Of a stretch of 64,000 nt of DNA, positions 1 through 12,073 are shown in pieces. Source of the DNA: Laetmonice hystrix (taxonomy: Eukaryota). How positions within the stretch are numbered: the stretch's first letter is position 1; every line of letters starts with the position of its first letter. Below the pieces are notes generated by a model that had not been told where the DNA came from, did no database searches, and saw only the letters and a program-made list of their open reading frames with translations. The position numbers were made by a program, and so were the translations under genes. The stretch is taken from assembly GCA_965235115.1 (NCBI GenBank), contig OZ249436.1:28646001-28710000 (forward strand), written 5' to 3'.

Positions 1-2775
1 ATAGCGAATTGAAAAGATTTGTATGTACGTATACAAGTTATTAATTAGGAGGAGATTTATGTATGGCGTAAATAGTTTAATACCTTTTAAATGGGAAATT
101 TTATCATTACTCCAGCAATATTTATCAAGTGAAAACGCTTTAGATCATGAAGTAACGGTTTGGGTTTTCATGGGCACACACCGGAGTGATGGTTGTAATG
201 AGGACCAACACTGAAATATTAACCTCGCCTGATGTTTTAGTATGATATATTATTTACATTTTTGCAATTTGTTCTCTAATAATTACCCTGAGGCGCTGTG
301 GGAAATTGAAGCCAGCGGTGAAGTTACCATCTAATGGCGGGACTAAGTTTATGGAAGGAACCAGCTGTAATGTGATGTAATAAGCGCGACCATGTTTGAA
401 TCAGTCATTGGAGGGGAATTAGGGATAAGCGGATTGCTATAGATGAGAAGTAACAGGAGGTATGGGCGAATGGACCTTTTGTATAGGATGCACTATAATA
501 ATAATGGACTATTTTTAGGATGGACATGAGTATAGGATCTCTGCATATGGCTTCTCCCATGTCCTTTGTATTTGTAATAGTATTATGTGTATTACTGAAG
601 AAAGGCCCCATCATTGGCATATATATACGACTATAACAAAAGGTTTCTCTCCGCAGTCAGACTGGCCAAACCAATAAAATGGTATGAGCCTACTCGATTT
701 TACAGCCCTTCATTGATTGGACTGACTTGAATCGTCCTCTCGCCCTGCTAACCCGTTCACACACGTGTGGTCGAGCAAAATCTGCTGATCGATGAACATA
801 TTTAAATAATGCTGTCCAGACCTTGACCGACCTGCATTAAAGGCCAACCTCTTCCCGAAAATAATACATCTTCTAATGGTGTAATATAGTTTGCTTGTAT
901 CATGTACATTTATTCTCCCAATGCTAATACGGCTCTGTGACAAAAAGGCCTTGCAGGGCTTTCAGGACTCGCAACATGGGTAATTCCACTCCTTATTTGT
1001 CTATTTGTCATCACATCGAGGTAAAGTCCTGAGTCCACTCTACTAACCTTTACAAAATCGTGCCTGTCACATCAGTGAACGTTGAACTATCAAGCTTGCA
1101 TAGATGGGTATTATACCAGGCGTGTTCCTTTGCGGGTTTATATAACAATGCTGTGAAAGGGGCCTGGAACGTCACTTCAACCGATTCCTCACATTCCACT
1201 TCTAAGCCTGAACGCTGTAGAAGCTCTAAGTTACTACATCTCAGAGTGTTTTTGGAGGACATAGATTGCTAGCAATAATATTCATGTTGCACCTCTCCTA
1301 CAAAGGCTCTGGTAAAATGGCTTCCAATTCTCTCCATTTTGATGACTAAGCACATTATTGTCATTGGATATTGATCCATGACGGTTCTTAATGGGGCTCG
1401 ATTTCATGAAGTATTGCCATGCACATGCGCCAGTTTTCAACAGAGTGTCATCCAAAATGGCTTACACGTCCTAAATGATTGGGGAATCCATATCGAAATT
1501 GAAGCTCTGGCCGTTTGGCAGCATTCTCGGTTCACAAACTAGTTGTCCCGCGCTGCACTTGGTTCAGTTGCGTGCAACTTGTCCTTCGATTAAAAGTCGT
1601 AGTAACAGCGGCGACAGCCATTTATTGACCTTCGTAAGTGCCAAGTTACGTGCCAATATTATGACGAACTGTTTTTATGTCCCTTGGCTTTGAGGAAACG
1701 CAATAATTTACGGCATATACGATCCTATATGTAAGGCCTACGATCCGGCCAACGGCCATGAAATGTAGTAGTGTCGGGATATCTTTCGTAGCAAGGCTTT
1801 CGGACACCATAGATTACATGTGTACAACACACCGAACGGCCTATTTTATACGAGAGATAATTATCACACAGGATCATAACGCCGACTCCTTGTTCATTTG
1901 AGCACTCTTTAACGTTCACAGATCTGTGAACGTACCCGAATCTCATGAAGCGTCGGTACCACCACCGACAAGGTATATAGAAAGCAATTTGAGTGTTCAA
2001 CTTCGGGCTTAGGCCTACTTATACTTACTGAACATCGAGGTTATATTTGGCCATTTTCTTGAATATCTCAAATGTTGTATATGCCTAATAATATTATTGA
2101 CACCGATTTGTATGAATTCATTCGTCCTGGAAGTGCTCACAAATGCACCTAACTTGTGTTTAGCACGATTGTCAATTGGAAAATCGGTATAATTAGATAT
2201 ATTAGACCAATACTGCTTCTATATAGGCCAAACAATAGAACTATAGATCTATCCTTTGATAGGATATTCACTCGATTAGAAATGTTATGACATGATATCA
2301 ATATTGAAAATAAATGTGATCATTCTAAAATAATGATGACAACGTAAACACATCAACATCTCTTTTTCCGTTACATAAATCTTTGGCGATGAAAGCCGCT
2401 TTGCCGTGTTATTAGTTTGCCCTGCGGTAGACTATTAAAAGGCAGCCCTGTCCGTGGCACGAACCGACAACCTTTAGCACTCAGTGGGGCAGAAGTGTAG
2501 CACGCGTTGCGGTTCCATGCTGGGCACGTCAAACGGCTGTGAGCCGTGGAACGTCCTCGCGAGCCAATCGTGTCCACACGCTGCCATCGACTGTGGCATG
2601 CATGTGCCATCGACAGCATGTGCCATCGACTGTGGGCTGTCGGGTTTGGGGCCACCGGGGGGTTACGACTGAGTCCCCGACCCGACACGTCGAGTACACT
2701 GTTTGGTGTTATAAATGGAATGCCACATTCTGGGCTGGTCATGCAACGGTAGCCGGAACCCTGGGGTGTTTAGAT

Positions 2776-5700
2776 CTACCGAGAAGAGCGAACTGCTATT
2801 ATCACGCCGACGACGGCAGCTACGATGACGACAGCGATGATGACGGTAACGGCGGCACAGATAAGACGCCGTCTCCGGACCCGTTCGGCATCAAACACCT
2901 GCAAGAGGTAGTGATAGTACACGTTTAGGTAAAAATAACGATTACTGGTCCTCAAAGACCAACACTTATGCTCTCCATAAAGTGACCCACTCCGGGTAGG
3001 TGTATCTCAGTAGAGAAAGGATAGGTAGGCCTCGAACCCAGGACATAAGCTATAAGGGCTATGTGCGTTTCTATGATATTTTCACTTAAAGGGAACACAG
3101 ATATTTTGCCTGCAGAATGATCGTAAAACTGCCACTACTCCCTCTTTCGGGTCTCCACAAATTATCGATGTGGACATAATTATCTCAATCACAGTCCCAG
3201 GTGGGCCTATCAGTCCCCATGCTTTACGAACGCCCGTAGGCCTACATACTAGACGCATCTGAATTAAAACTTACACTTAAAAACAACCTAATGTCGGTTC
3301 TCTGAATGCTGATTTGTTTTTACGCATATCGCACACCAGCGAGACTCTTATGTAAATAAATTGTATTTGTTTTCGCCCTGGGTGTCATGCTAAGCAACTC
3401 TTATTTGTATTTACACAGGCATTAGATTTCCCAGGGTTCTGCCGAGGCGATTGAATAACACTTTTTTTCAAATATGGTGCACTACAGACCACTTAGAAAT
3501 TCATCCGCGTTTGTATTGACTTAAATTCACTTCCTTTACTATTTTCTTGGTGTACTTACAGCGATTTCCATCATGGAGACATCGATAGATATCAACGACT
3601 TCTTACTTTCTGTAAGGAATAAAACAAACATACGCCATGTTACGGATAGGTTTCTCTAGGCAAGACAAGTCTGCATGGTGGTTCCTTAATACCATTGGTT
3701 AAATCAATCATTTTATTGTCACGTTATCCTAAAGTTGACAAAGATTGAAGACTGACCATACAATGGCTCCCTAAAATTTAGTCGTGAACAGACTTTTATT
3801 TGGTAAATTTTGATAAGGTTCTTTTGATAAGGTAAGGAAAGTTGAGTATAGGAAATCCACGTCACAATTAGAAACAACTCATATGACGTAATAAGATACA
3901 TGAGCCTTTAAGTTGATATTAGATGCCCTAAAAAGCTCTTCACAAATCCACCTAACTTACATGTACGCTGGGGTTCTAATTGATCTTTTAAATTGATTTA
4001 ATATCAAATACCTGGCCGATGCGTAGAAAGAGTCTCTACCGACATATCCAATCAAGTACATGGCTTCCCATCCACATCTGAGCTAAGGTTCTCTGTTGTT
4101 CGAGAGTATTTCTTTAAAGGTAATTGGCTTCCCTTTGGCAGTTTTAATCTCAAAGCTCCCTCCTCTTCCATTGAAAACATTTGGACTTACTTGTATAGTC
4201 ACAGGGACGTGCCTGGGACCAGCATAATTACGTCAGGGGGGGAGCTGTTTGCTGATTCCCTATTTTCATTACGCACCAACTTCTCTCCATCAATTTATAT
4301 GCATAAAATGTTGTCCCTGGCATTCTTAACATTTCCATTAGGGATTGTCTTACTTGGAAGGTTAACGTCAAAACATTAGCTTGGAATCAAAAGGAGGATG
4401 AAGATGGAGAGAGTTGGGAAGTATTCGTAGAGAAAATAACCAACCGAAATACGGAGACCTATAACCTTCCCCTCTATCGACCGCCCCTCTTTCAGGCACA
4501 TTATATCCATCATCATTTCCTCTCCTTCGCATGACAGTTTTCTACTAAAAATAATCTACATGGTGCCGTCCATTAAGCAATTATTACGTTTTTTTTATCA
4601 ACTATTTCCCCGGGACACACCCTTAATCTTCCAGCACACCTCCTAGCTCCTGAGACACTGGCAATGTCAACCTAAACCAAAGGAATGGAGAACGAGAGAC
4701 TGAAAAGCATACACAAAGAATGTGGAAATAAAATGTGACTATTCCTTTTTTAAATGTTTCCATATTCCACCTGGGAACTCCTTAATCATATTTTCTGTAA
4801 AATGGTTTTGACTGGAACAAAAGACAGCCTCAACTTTACCAGACGGGCTGTGTCCAAGGCCGAGCCGATAGACCAATTAACATTCATTTTAGAAAATGAA
4901 TGAACTTCATGCAACACGTATACATGTACCCTTCAGTAGTCTGGAGGGGACGAAATTGCCTTTCTGACATTCTACTGCATTATGATCATTTTTTCCTCTC
5001 CCATTCTGCATGCGAAGCTCATTTTCCCTGCCCGTATATTAGCTTAGATTGCCCGCTTGCTTATTGGACGTTCGACTGCAGCCATCATGCCCCCGTGAAA
5101 CTAACCAAGGTTGGCAAGGTCAAACTCAGGCTCGATGGTCCATGGCTGCACGCTGACCGCCTGGTTGGCATCCTCGACCATCTGTCTGACCTCGGCCACC
5201 TCCCGGCTGAGCGTGTCGCAGTCGGCCGTCTCCCGGCGGGCTCGGTCCTCCTGGCCGTCGGCGCCCAGCACCGCTGCACTACTCGCCTTGCGCCCGGTCA
5301 CCGCCTCCGAGACACCCGTGTGGATCAAGACGGACACCCCTACGAGCACCAGGAACGTTATGGTTTGAGCATATAAAAGACGGAATACAAGTCACAAGAA
5401 ATGTCGTCTGCGGTCGAGGGTGTATACGAAACATGGGCTAGCGGGGTTGTGGCGTTAAAAAGGGACGGGCGACTCGGCACTGAGCAAATCAATAACGTGT
5501 TCCTCCTGTGTGCCTAATCAAGGACACTTGGCAATATCGGATGTCTACCGGCGGCGTCTTGCCCTGGAGACATCCTCCAGCACATCCCATAAGTCACGTC
5601 TGCTTGCTGGTGGGGTGTCCAGACAAAGCCGTATGCCAAAGGAAGTTGCTTAAGCATAGAAATAACATATACATACAGTGATTTTTTGTTGCTTGTTTTG

Positions 5701-8700
5701 GTGATCTTACGATGCGAAATGCCGTATTTGTTTACGACATGTAAACAGTGGAGTTGGGCACTCCACTGTGCGCGATACCGAAGCCGTGTAAATATAATAT
5801 TCTGCCATGATTTCAGTGTAAACAAAAGATTTAGTCGAGGCATACGTGGAACCGAATATTGGTACGATAATTAACTGGAGGCTCACGTGTACTTTAAGAC
5901 ATTGATCTTTTTAAGCCACAGTGGTAAACTATCCATGGATCCTTATTAGAATGAAATCTACTGGACAACCTAATTTCCTCGCTGCAACCTCCACTTAACC
6001 ATAGCTACAGATGACCACGGCCTGAGATCCTATTACTGTAGTCCTTTATTACATGTATCGACCTAGAGACACTCAGTGTTTCCCTACAGTATTTCACTGG
6101 AAGGATAACTATTTACCAGGAAAATATTGGTGGGGTATGCGTCCAGTCGACTTTTGAATCTCTGCTGTTCTGTGCGCCAGTCTAATTCTGCCCTTCAATG
6201 TCCGACTCCTGACTCGACAAAGTCCCGCATAGATTGCTAGAAACGAGACTTTACTGTCAGCTTTGAATTTACGGCGAAAGAACGAGCACACAAAAATATG
6301 AGAAGATTGCGCGTCCGCAACCTAAAATAACCTCCAGGTCAACAGTGCATTTTTCCGGTGGCGCCCGCCGAAGCACAACTAAATTGTGTCTGTGTCCTTT
6401 GCCACTATTGCTTATTAAGCAGCAAGGGTCAACCCGAGGCCATCCGTCGAGCCCAGGAACTAAACTGGCAGAACACCAACAGGCAAGTTCCCCAAGGTTC
6501 GACTGATTTCACGGTGCATATTTTCATGGCGGGAAACGTGCTAACCAGCCTCATCCGGCCTACGGCAGAGTACTGGGTCAATGCAGGCCTTTATGAAAAG
6601 AGTTAGGTCCACTACAATGGTTTAAAATCTTCTGAAAGGCTCGTTCCTGTTGTCGCCCGTATTTTCGCGTTGTCGCCCTATTTTCCACAGCTGTGCAAGC
6701 AGTATATATAGAAAGTGGCGTTTTACTCGGGTAAATCGGAACACTAAAGCACTTAGTATAATAGGAACTGGTGGCAGCTATCGTGGTCTTTCATCAATTG
6801 GAGTTATAGATTGTTACGGCCTCTTTACATGTTATTTTATTTTCTTACTCTGTCTAATTCAAATTTCTCGGTCAGAATTTAGGGGCACAGACGCCTAGGG
6901 ACACTAACTCGTGAGTCTGAAGAGAGTGTGAGCTTCCAAAGCAGTCACATCAGCACTATAATGGCATGGATAGTTGTTTTCTAAGTGTGCACTCTTATTT
7001 GTTGATGAGGGTTTCGAAAGACAGACTTACTTGTATGTAAGGGGAACGTTCGCTGTAGACTAAGAGTCCGCTCCAGTTCGATGGCAAGCAACTCCAAACA
7101 ACACGTAAACGTATGCCACAACTTTTCGTACTGTTCGTCGTCATCGCGTCCCCGGGATCCTCTGAAGTACAGGAATGTGGAAGATATCTTCAGAACAAAA
7201 ACATCAACAAAAACCATTAATACTGCTTACATTATGGTCAAATAGTATTAACCCCTTATTTTCCCCTCTCACCCTCGCCTACTAGTAAGGAGGATTGACC
7301 TGTAAAAGTGCTCTAAAATGGATTTCGCTCAACCCGAGAGAGCCGAAACAACCACCATATTAACATCGTTCTAGATCTAGCGATGTATTCATGTTTGGAT
7401 CAGGCCAAATACGGATACTAATGCAATTTTCAGTATTTGAACGTTGACCTTGACTCAAGGTCAAGGTCGTAAAATATTTGTGTCGTTGCCACAGAGAGGT
7501 GTTTTTGACAAAATAATCAAGGGCGACTTTGACATTTTCCAAAGTTTGTAAATGATTGCATTTCTAACATCCCGTTTAGAAGTGATAAAGCTTTCGTCGA
7601 TCGTGATGATACTGATGTTTCGCTTACTATGATAGCAGTTACTATGATTGTCAAAGTTACATATCAAATTATAGCCAATAGGATGAGCAAATGAGTGTTA
7701 TGAAAACATTAGGTATGCTGTCTTTGAGCCAATATCAATGTCAGTGAGTTGACAGCGAGTCAAAATGGTATTTATGACCATTGTCAACACTCGATCTTGG
7801 ATTATGTGGCCTTGACCTTTAGCCAAGGTCAAGTCCACAATATTTCTGGGTGTCGCCTACAATGAAGAATGTTTGACCGAAGAGGAATGCATTAGATTGA
7901 TTCAAAGTTATTGGCAGTTCCATGGGTGGTTTTTAGTTGATCCATACAAACACTGTTTCTATGGAAACCATTCAAGAAAGAGTGTTTTACGCAAGTGCTA
8001 AGACGAAAACATCGAAGGTTCATGTAATTTCCTCCTCGAAGATTGGGGCTTTAATTTGTTCTACCCTGGTAGGGATCATTTCGTGACCTGATCACCACCG
8101 TACAGCTTGACCACCACCATAGCAGGACGCAGGGCACTATGTAGAATTAGGTGATTGCTTTCGTTCTCTCGGGTTGAATGAACTCCTTATTTTCAGTGCT
8201 CGCTACTATATCAGGAAAGTAGTGATAATGAACTGTTGTAATTCACTTCTCCGCGGGTCTGCTTCTATTTCTACTCCACTACTACAAACCGTTACGACTT
8301 CTAAACTACAACGTACTAATAGGAATACTGATAGTAAGTGTGGGGGGAAGGCTTGAGCCTCAGATTGTAGAATCATCTGCGTAGTACAAAAACACTTTGG
8401 TATGTTCTACCGTATTGTTACGAATGGGGATATAAAAAAAACTTGCCATTTTTCGAAAAGAGTATGCGATTTTTCCTAGTGGCAGACTTCGTTCCCACTT
8501 CGTCCTCGGGGGTCTAATGAGAAACACGTTCTAAAAGTTGTATTCTCGCCCTGAATGTTGCAGAAATATTGCCGACACGGCAATCTCCCAAATCAGTAAC
8601 CCATTTACTTACTCTACTTCTGCTGTTGTATAATTGCTACTACTGCTACCGCTGCTCCTACTCTAGTCCTGCTGCTTCTCCTATAAATACTGAACAGAAG

Positions 8701-10859
8701 AGGTCAACCCCCCACATGTGCTAGCCGTGGAGACACGCGATACGTACCCTCTGAGGTGAGGAAGGATACTGAGCCGAGTTGTGTTCACCAACTGGTGCGC
8801 TCTCTGCTGTGACCGGCGTAGTTCCATCCTCAGAACGTCACCGTCCCTCCAACTACCGAGTCCCAGAGAGAGTCCCGTGTGGCGGGCCAGCTCACGGTTC
8901 AACTCTCGCACGCACTGCACAGGGACAGGAGAGGACCAACAGTCAGGCGGGGGACACCTCTCCTGGACAGCTCTCGAACGGGTAGGATGGGGCACCTCCT
9001 GAACGGTTATGATGGGGCACCTCCTGAACGGTTATGATGGGGCACCTTCTGAACGGTTATGATGGGGCACCTCCTGAACGGTTATGATGGGGCACCTTCT
9101 GAACGGTTATGATGGGGCACCTTCTGAACGGTTATGATGGGGCACCTCCTGAACGGTTATGATGGGGCACCTTCTGAACGGTTAGGATGGGGCACCTCAA
9201 TCTGAACGGTTATGATGGGGCACCTTCTGAACGGTTATGATGGGGCACCTCCTGAACGGTTATGATGGGGCACCTTCTGAACGGTTAAGATGGGACACCT
9301 CCTGAACGGTTAAGATGGGGCACCTTCTGAACGGTTATGATGGGGCACCTTCTGAACGGCTAAGATGGGACACCTCCTGAACGGTTATGATGGGACACCT
9401 TCTGAACGGTTATGATGGGACACCTTCTGAACGGTTATGATGGGACACCTTCTGAACGGTTAGGATGGGGCACCTCCTGAACGGTTATGATGGGACACCT
9501 TCTGAACGGTTATGATGGGACACCTCCTGAACGGTTATGATGGGACACCTTCTGAACGGTTATGATGGGGCACCTTCTGAACGGCTAAGATGGGACACCT
9601 CCTGAACGGTTATGATGGGACACCTTCTGAACGGTTATGATGGGACACCTTCTGAACGGTTAGGATGGGGCACCTTCTGAACGGTTAGGATGGGGCACCT
9701 TCTGAACGGTTATGATGGGACACCTTCTGAACGGGTAGGATGGGGCACCTCCTGAACGGGTAGGATGGGCCGGGCACATCCTAAACAGTTAGGATGGGGC
9801 GCGACACAATCTAATTAAAATTAGGTCTTAGTTATTTCGCATGCGCTCCATACTAGGATCTAACGGCATCGCGTATGGGGTCACCTCAGGCTGACCTTTG
9901 ACCCAGATTCAAGTGTGCCGTTGAAAATGCCTACGAGCGCACACCGAAGATTTCGTAGGCGACTCGCTGATTGGCTGAATCCAGAGGTCAACCTGAGGTG
10001 ACCCCTAATGGGGTTTCCTTAGATCTAGGTATGGAGCGCAGCCAGCACAGACTCAGCCGAGAGAGACGCGGAATACCAAGATCTAATTTTAATTAGATTG
10101 GGGCGCGACATAAACGGTTGCTTAGGTAGGACCCCTCCTAAACGATTGGGATGTGACATATCGTAAACGGGTAGTTGGGATATATCGTTTAAATGGGCAC
10201 GTATGCAGGTAGGCCTAGTTGGGGCATATCGTAAACGGGTAGGATGGAACATATTGTCCTGCAAACGGGTAGGATGGTCCAAACACTGACGGGTTTAATA
10301 TTTTAGTTCAAGGTGTGTCCAACGACAACATAAGATGATAACCTTCAAGAGACCTTCCTTAACCGTCAGTGGATAGCAGCTCCTGAAGAGTCAGGTTAGG
10401 ACAAGGTGTGCAAAATCACATGGTCAGTTTCCAGTAGCGTACCCAGGGGGGAGGGTGCTTGGGGTGCTCAAGCACCCCCCTCAATTTGCCAATTTTTTGT
10501 TTGTTTGTTTATTTTTTTGGTGCGCTTGGGGCCAATTTGCAGCACCTACGACGTTGATTATTTCCAGCACCCCCCCCCCCTGGGTCCAGTTTCTGGGTAC
10601 GCCACTGGTTTCCAAACATAAATTTAATTTGCCTTCTATGGCAAAGACACCTGCACAGGTGTGCTAGTTCATTTTAATGGTACCTGGTGTTCATTCCCTG
10701 TCCCATCCTGTTACTGACGTATATCAGTGACAATACCTTGACACAGTCGGCCCGACTTGCCAACTGTGAGGCGGCGCTGCTGTGACGTTGGTTCTCGTGA
10801 CTGTGTCCTGACGTTGACGACAGCTGACGTCGCCTCGTGTCTGTTCGTGACGGCGCCAT
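2776..10859 (-). CDS. RGS9BP: RGS9-binding protein (R9AP)/R7BP-family membrane anchor for R7 RGS proteins; 6 coding exons, 275 aa
   Basis: Exons (minus): 10859-10737, 8914-8748, 7161-7031, 5339-5106, 3609-3560, 2898-2776. All introns are GT-AG with compatible phases, 828 nt in total, and the start is gccATGG. Translation includes ADCVK|CVRELNRELARHTGLSLGLGSWRDGDVLRMELRR, QYEKLWHTFTCCLELLAIELERTLSLQRTFPLHTRVSVLIHTGV and ADCDTLSREVAEVRQMVEDANQAVSVQPWTIE, and ends in a hydrophobic tail RVRRRRLICAAVTVIIAVVIVAAVVGVIIAVRSSR*. These align by eye with vertebrate R9AP (FERLWVAFSGCLDLLEAD..AFPLH..LVRTGV; LRELEREV..VNVPRWTV; C-terminal TM). Confidence 0.88.
7250..8060. mobile_element. Probable non-autonomous Helitron/Helentron-like repeat in RGS9BP intron 2
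   Basis: Non-coding, with recurrent tgaccttga/tcaaggtca hairpin motifs of the kind also seen at 48900-51900 and 63600-63880. Family assignment is inference and the boundaries are approximate. Confidence 0.3.
8976..9770. repeat. 25-bp minisatellite (about 32 copies) in RGS9BP intron 1
   Basis: Tandem unit GAACGGTTATGATGGGGCACCT(C/T)CT. Degenerate copies continue at 9770-9806 and 10110-10280. Confidence 0.97.
9807..10100. mobile_element. MITE with 10-bp TSD (Mutator/MULE-like)
   Basis: Perfect 18-bp TIR CAATCTAATTAAAATTAG, longer imperfect internal symmetry, and TSD GGGCGCGACA at 9797-9806 and 10101-10110. Confidence 0.85.
10432..10607. mobile_element. Short CAG...CTG MITE with 5-bp TSD (hAT5-like)
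   Basis: Termini CAGTAGCGTACCCAG / CTGGGTACGCCACTG; TSD GTTTC on both sides. Confidence 0.75.
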
Positions 10860-10991
10860 GGCCACCGTCACGACCCTACCCGCTGTCTGGTCACGACGTT
10901 CATCACAGATTTACATTTCTTTGCCGCATTTTTACCTCCGACGTTTCACCGCACCCTGACGAAACATGCACAACGTTGTTGTTCAGCGTTA

Positions 10992-11202
10992 AGTGCTGAA
11001 CCCACCAAGGCGATTCCCCTTGCGACGCCCATGCGATTTTGACATCACCCTTTTATTTTACTGTAATTTTGAGATTAAAGGATGGAACCCATTTCCTGAA
11101 ACGGAGAAGGCCAGCCAGGAAAAATTTCAGAGAGAAATTCCACCATTAAATCAAAAACCGCATGGCCGTCGCAAGGGGAATCGCCTTGGTGGGTTCAGCA
11201 CT
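10992..11202. mobile_element. PIF/Harbinger (Tourist-like) MITE
   Basis: About 45-bp near-perfect TIRs starting AGTGCTGAACCCACCAAGGCGATTCCCCTTGCGACG; TSD TTA on both sides. Confidence 0.85.
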
Positions 11203-12073
11203 TTAGGCATAATAATATGTATACAGGGCATGATCCTACTAGATCTTTGTAAGCTAAGCTCTTTCTTTGAAGGTCTATCCAAATTGAGCATTATTAAACC
11301 CCCCTTCCTGGGAGGTTTCCCTTGAATTTTGAATTTAAGGGAGAACCCACGTTTTCCACAACCATAGATGACCAGCCAGCAAGGTTTAATACATTTAATT
11401 GATAACAGTAGAGTAAGCGTGTATTAACTAATTTTTAGGTTGGTCGGCTACCAGTTGGTTTATTGTCATACTACATCCAGGCTTATTCCTCTTAGCCGAC
11501 GTTAACTCGGAAAGCTAAACGGATGTGGAGACAGGTGAATGTCTCTCACAGATGTATGGACCCAGACTTAATGTGCCACCGGCAAGGTAACCTGTATGGA
11601 CGAGGCTACTCACCACAAGCAATAATAAAACCAGTGATGTATGCATGTTTACACATGTAATATGTGTAGGCCCCTATGCATGTATGTAAGCCTATTGATG
11701 GTGGAGTGAACGCCATAGTGTCCAAAATGTGGCCTACAGGGCCGCTCAAATTTAATATCCTCTCGTCTTCAGCTTTCATTAGACACTTTGCACTAGTATG
11801 TGGTATGTCAATCCATCAGCCGTAGGCTGGTTTCTACCCTACCCATCCCCCACCCTACCTTTCATGTAATTATCATTGCAAATTGCCTACAGAGGTAAAA
11901 AGACTTAACTTCGCAGAACTAATCCATTTTTGGCAAGCCTCATCCCCTGGAGACCAGAATATATGGACCTACTATCTATGGTTGGTTGGAATTCTAAATA
12001 TAGAGCAATTTAGGGTCAGGATCCACGAGGCTTTTGCGACTAGTGACATCCAAATCGCAAGCCACATGACAAT

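Noticed and set aside
2539..2928. Plus-strand acidic ORF (DDGSYDDDSDDDG)
   Set aside because: It is the antisense shadow of the Val/Ile/Ala-rich transmembrane exon of RGS9BP.
2776..5339. Syntaxin/Q-SNARE call for the coiled coil plus tail anchor
   Set aside because: The upstream exons match R9AP/R7BP-specific motifs much better, and this family is known to be SNARE-like.
5106..5372. Apparent signal peptide MLK-TITFLVLVGVSVLIHTGVSEA plus an RARR furin site, if a 1-nt frameshift is assumed
   Set aside because: An AG acceptor at 5341-5340 joins this exon in phase to upstream exons and gives continuous R9AP homology, so no frameshift is needed.
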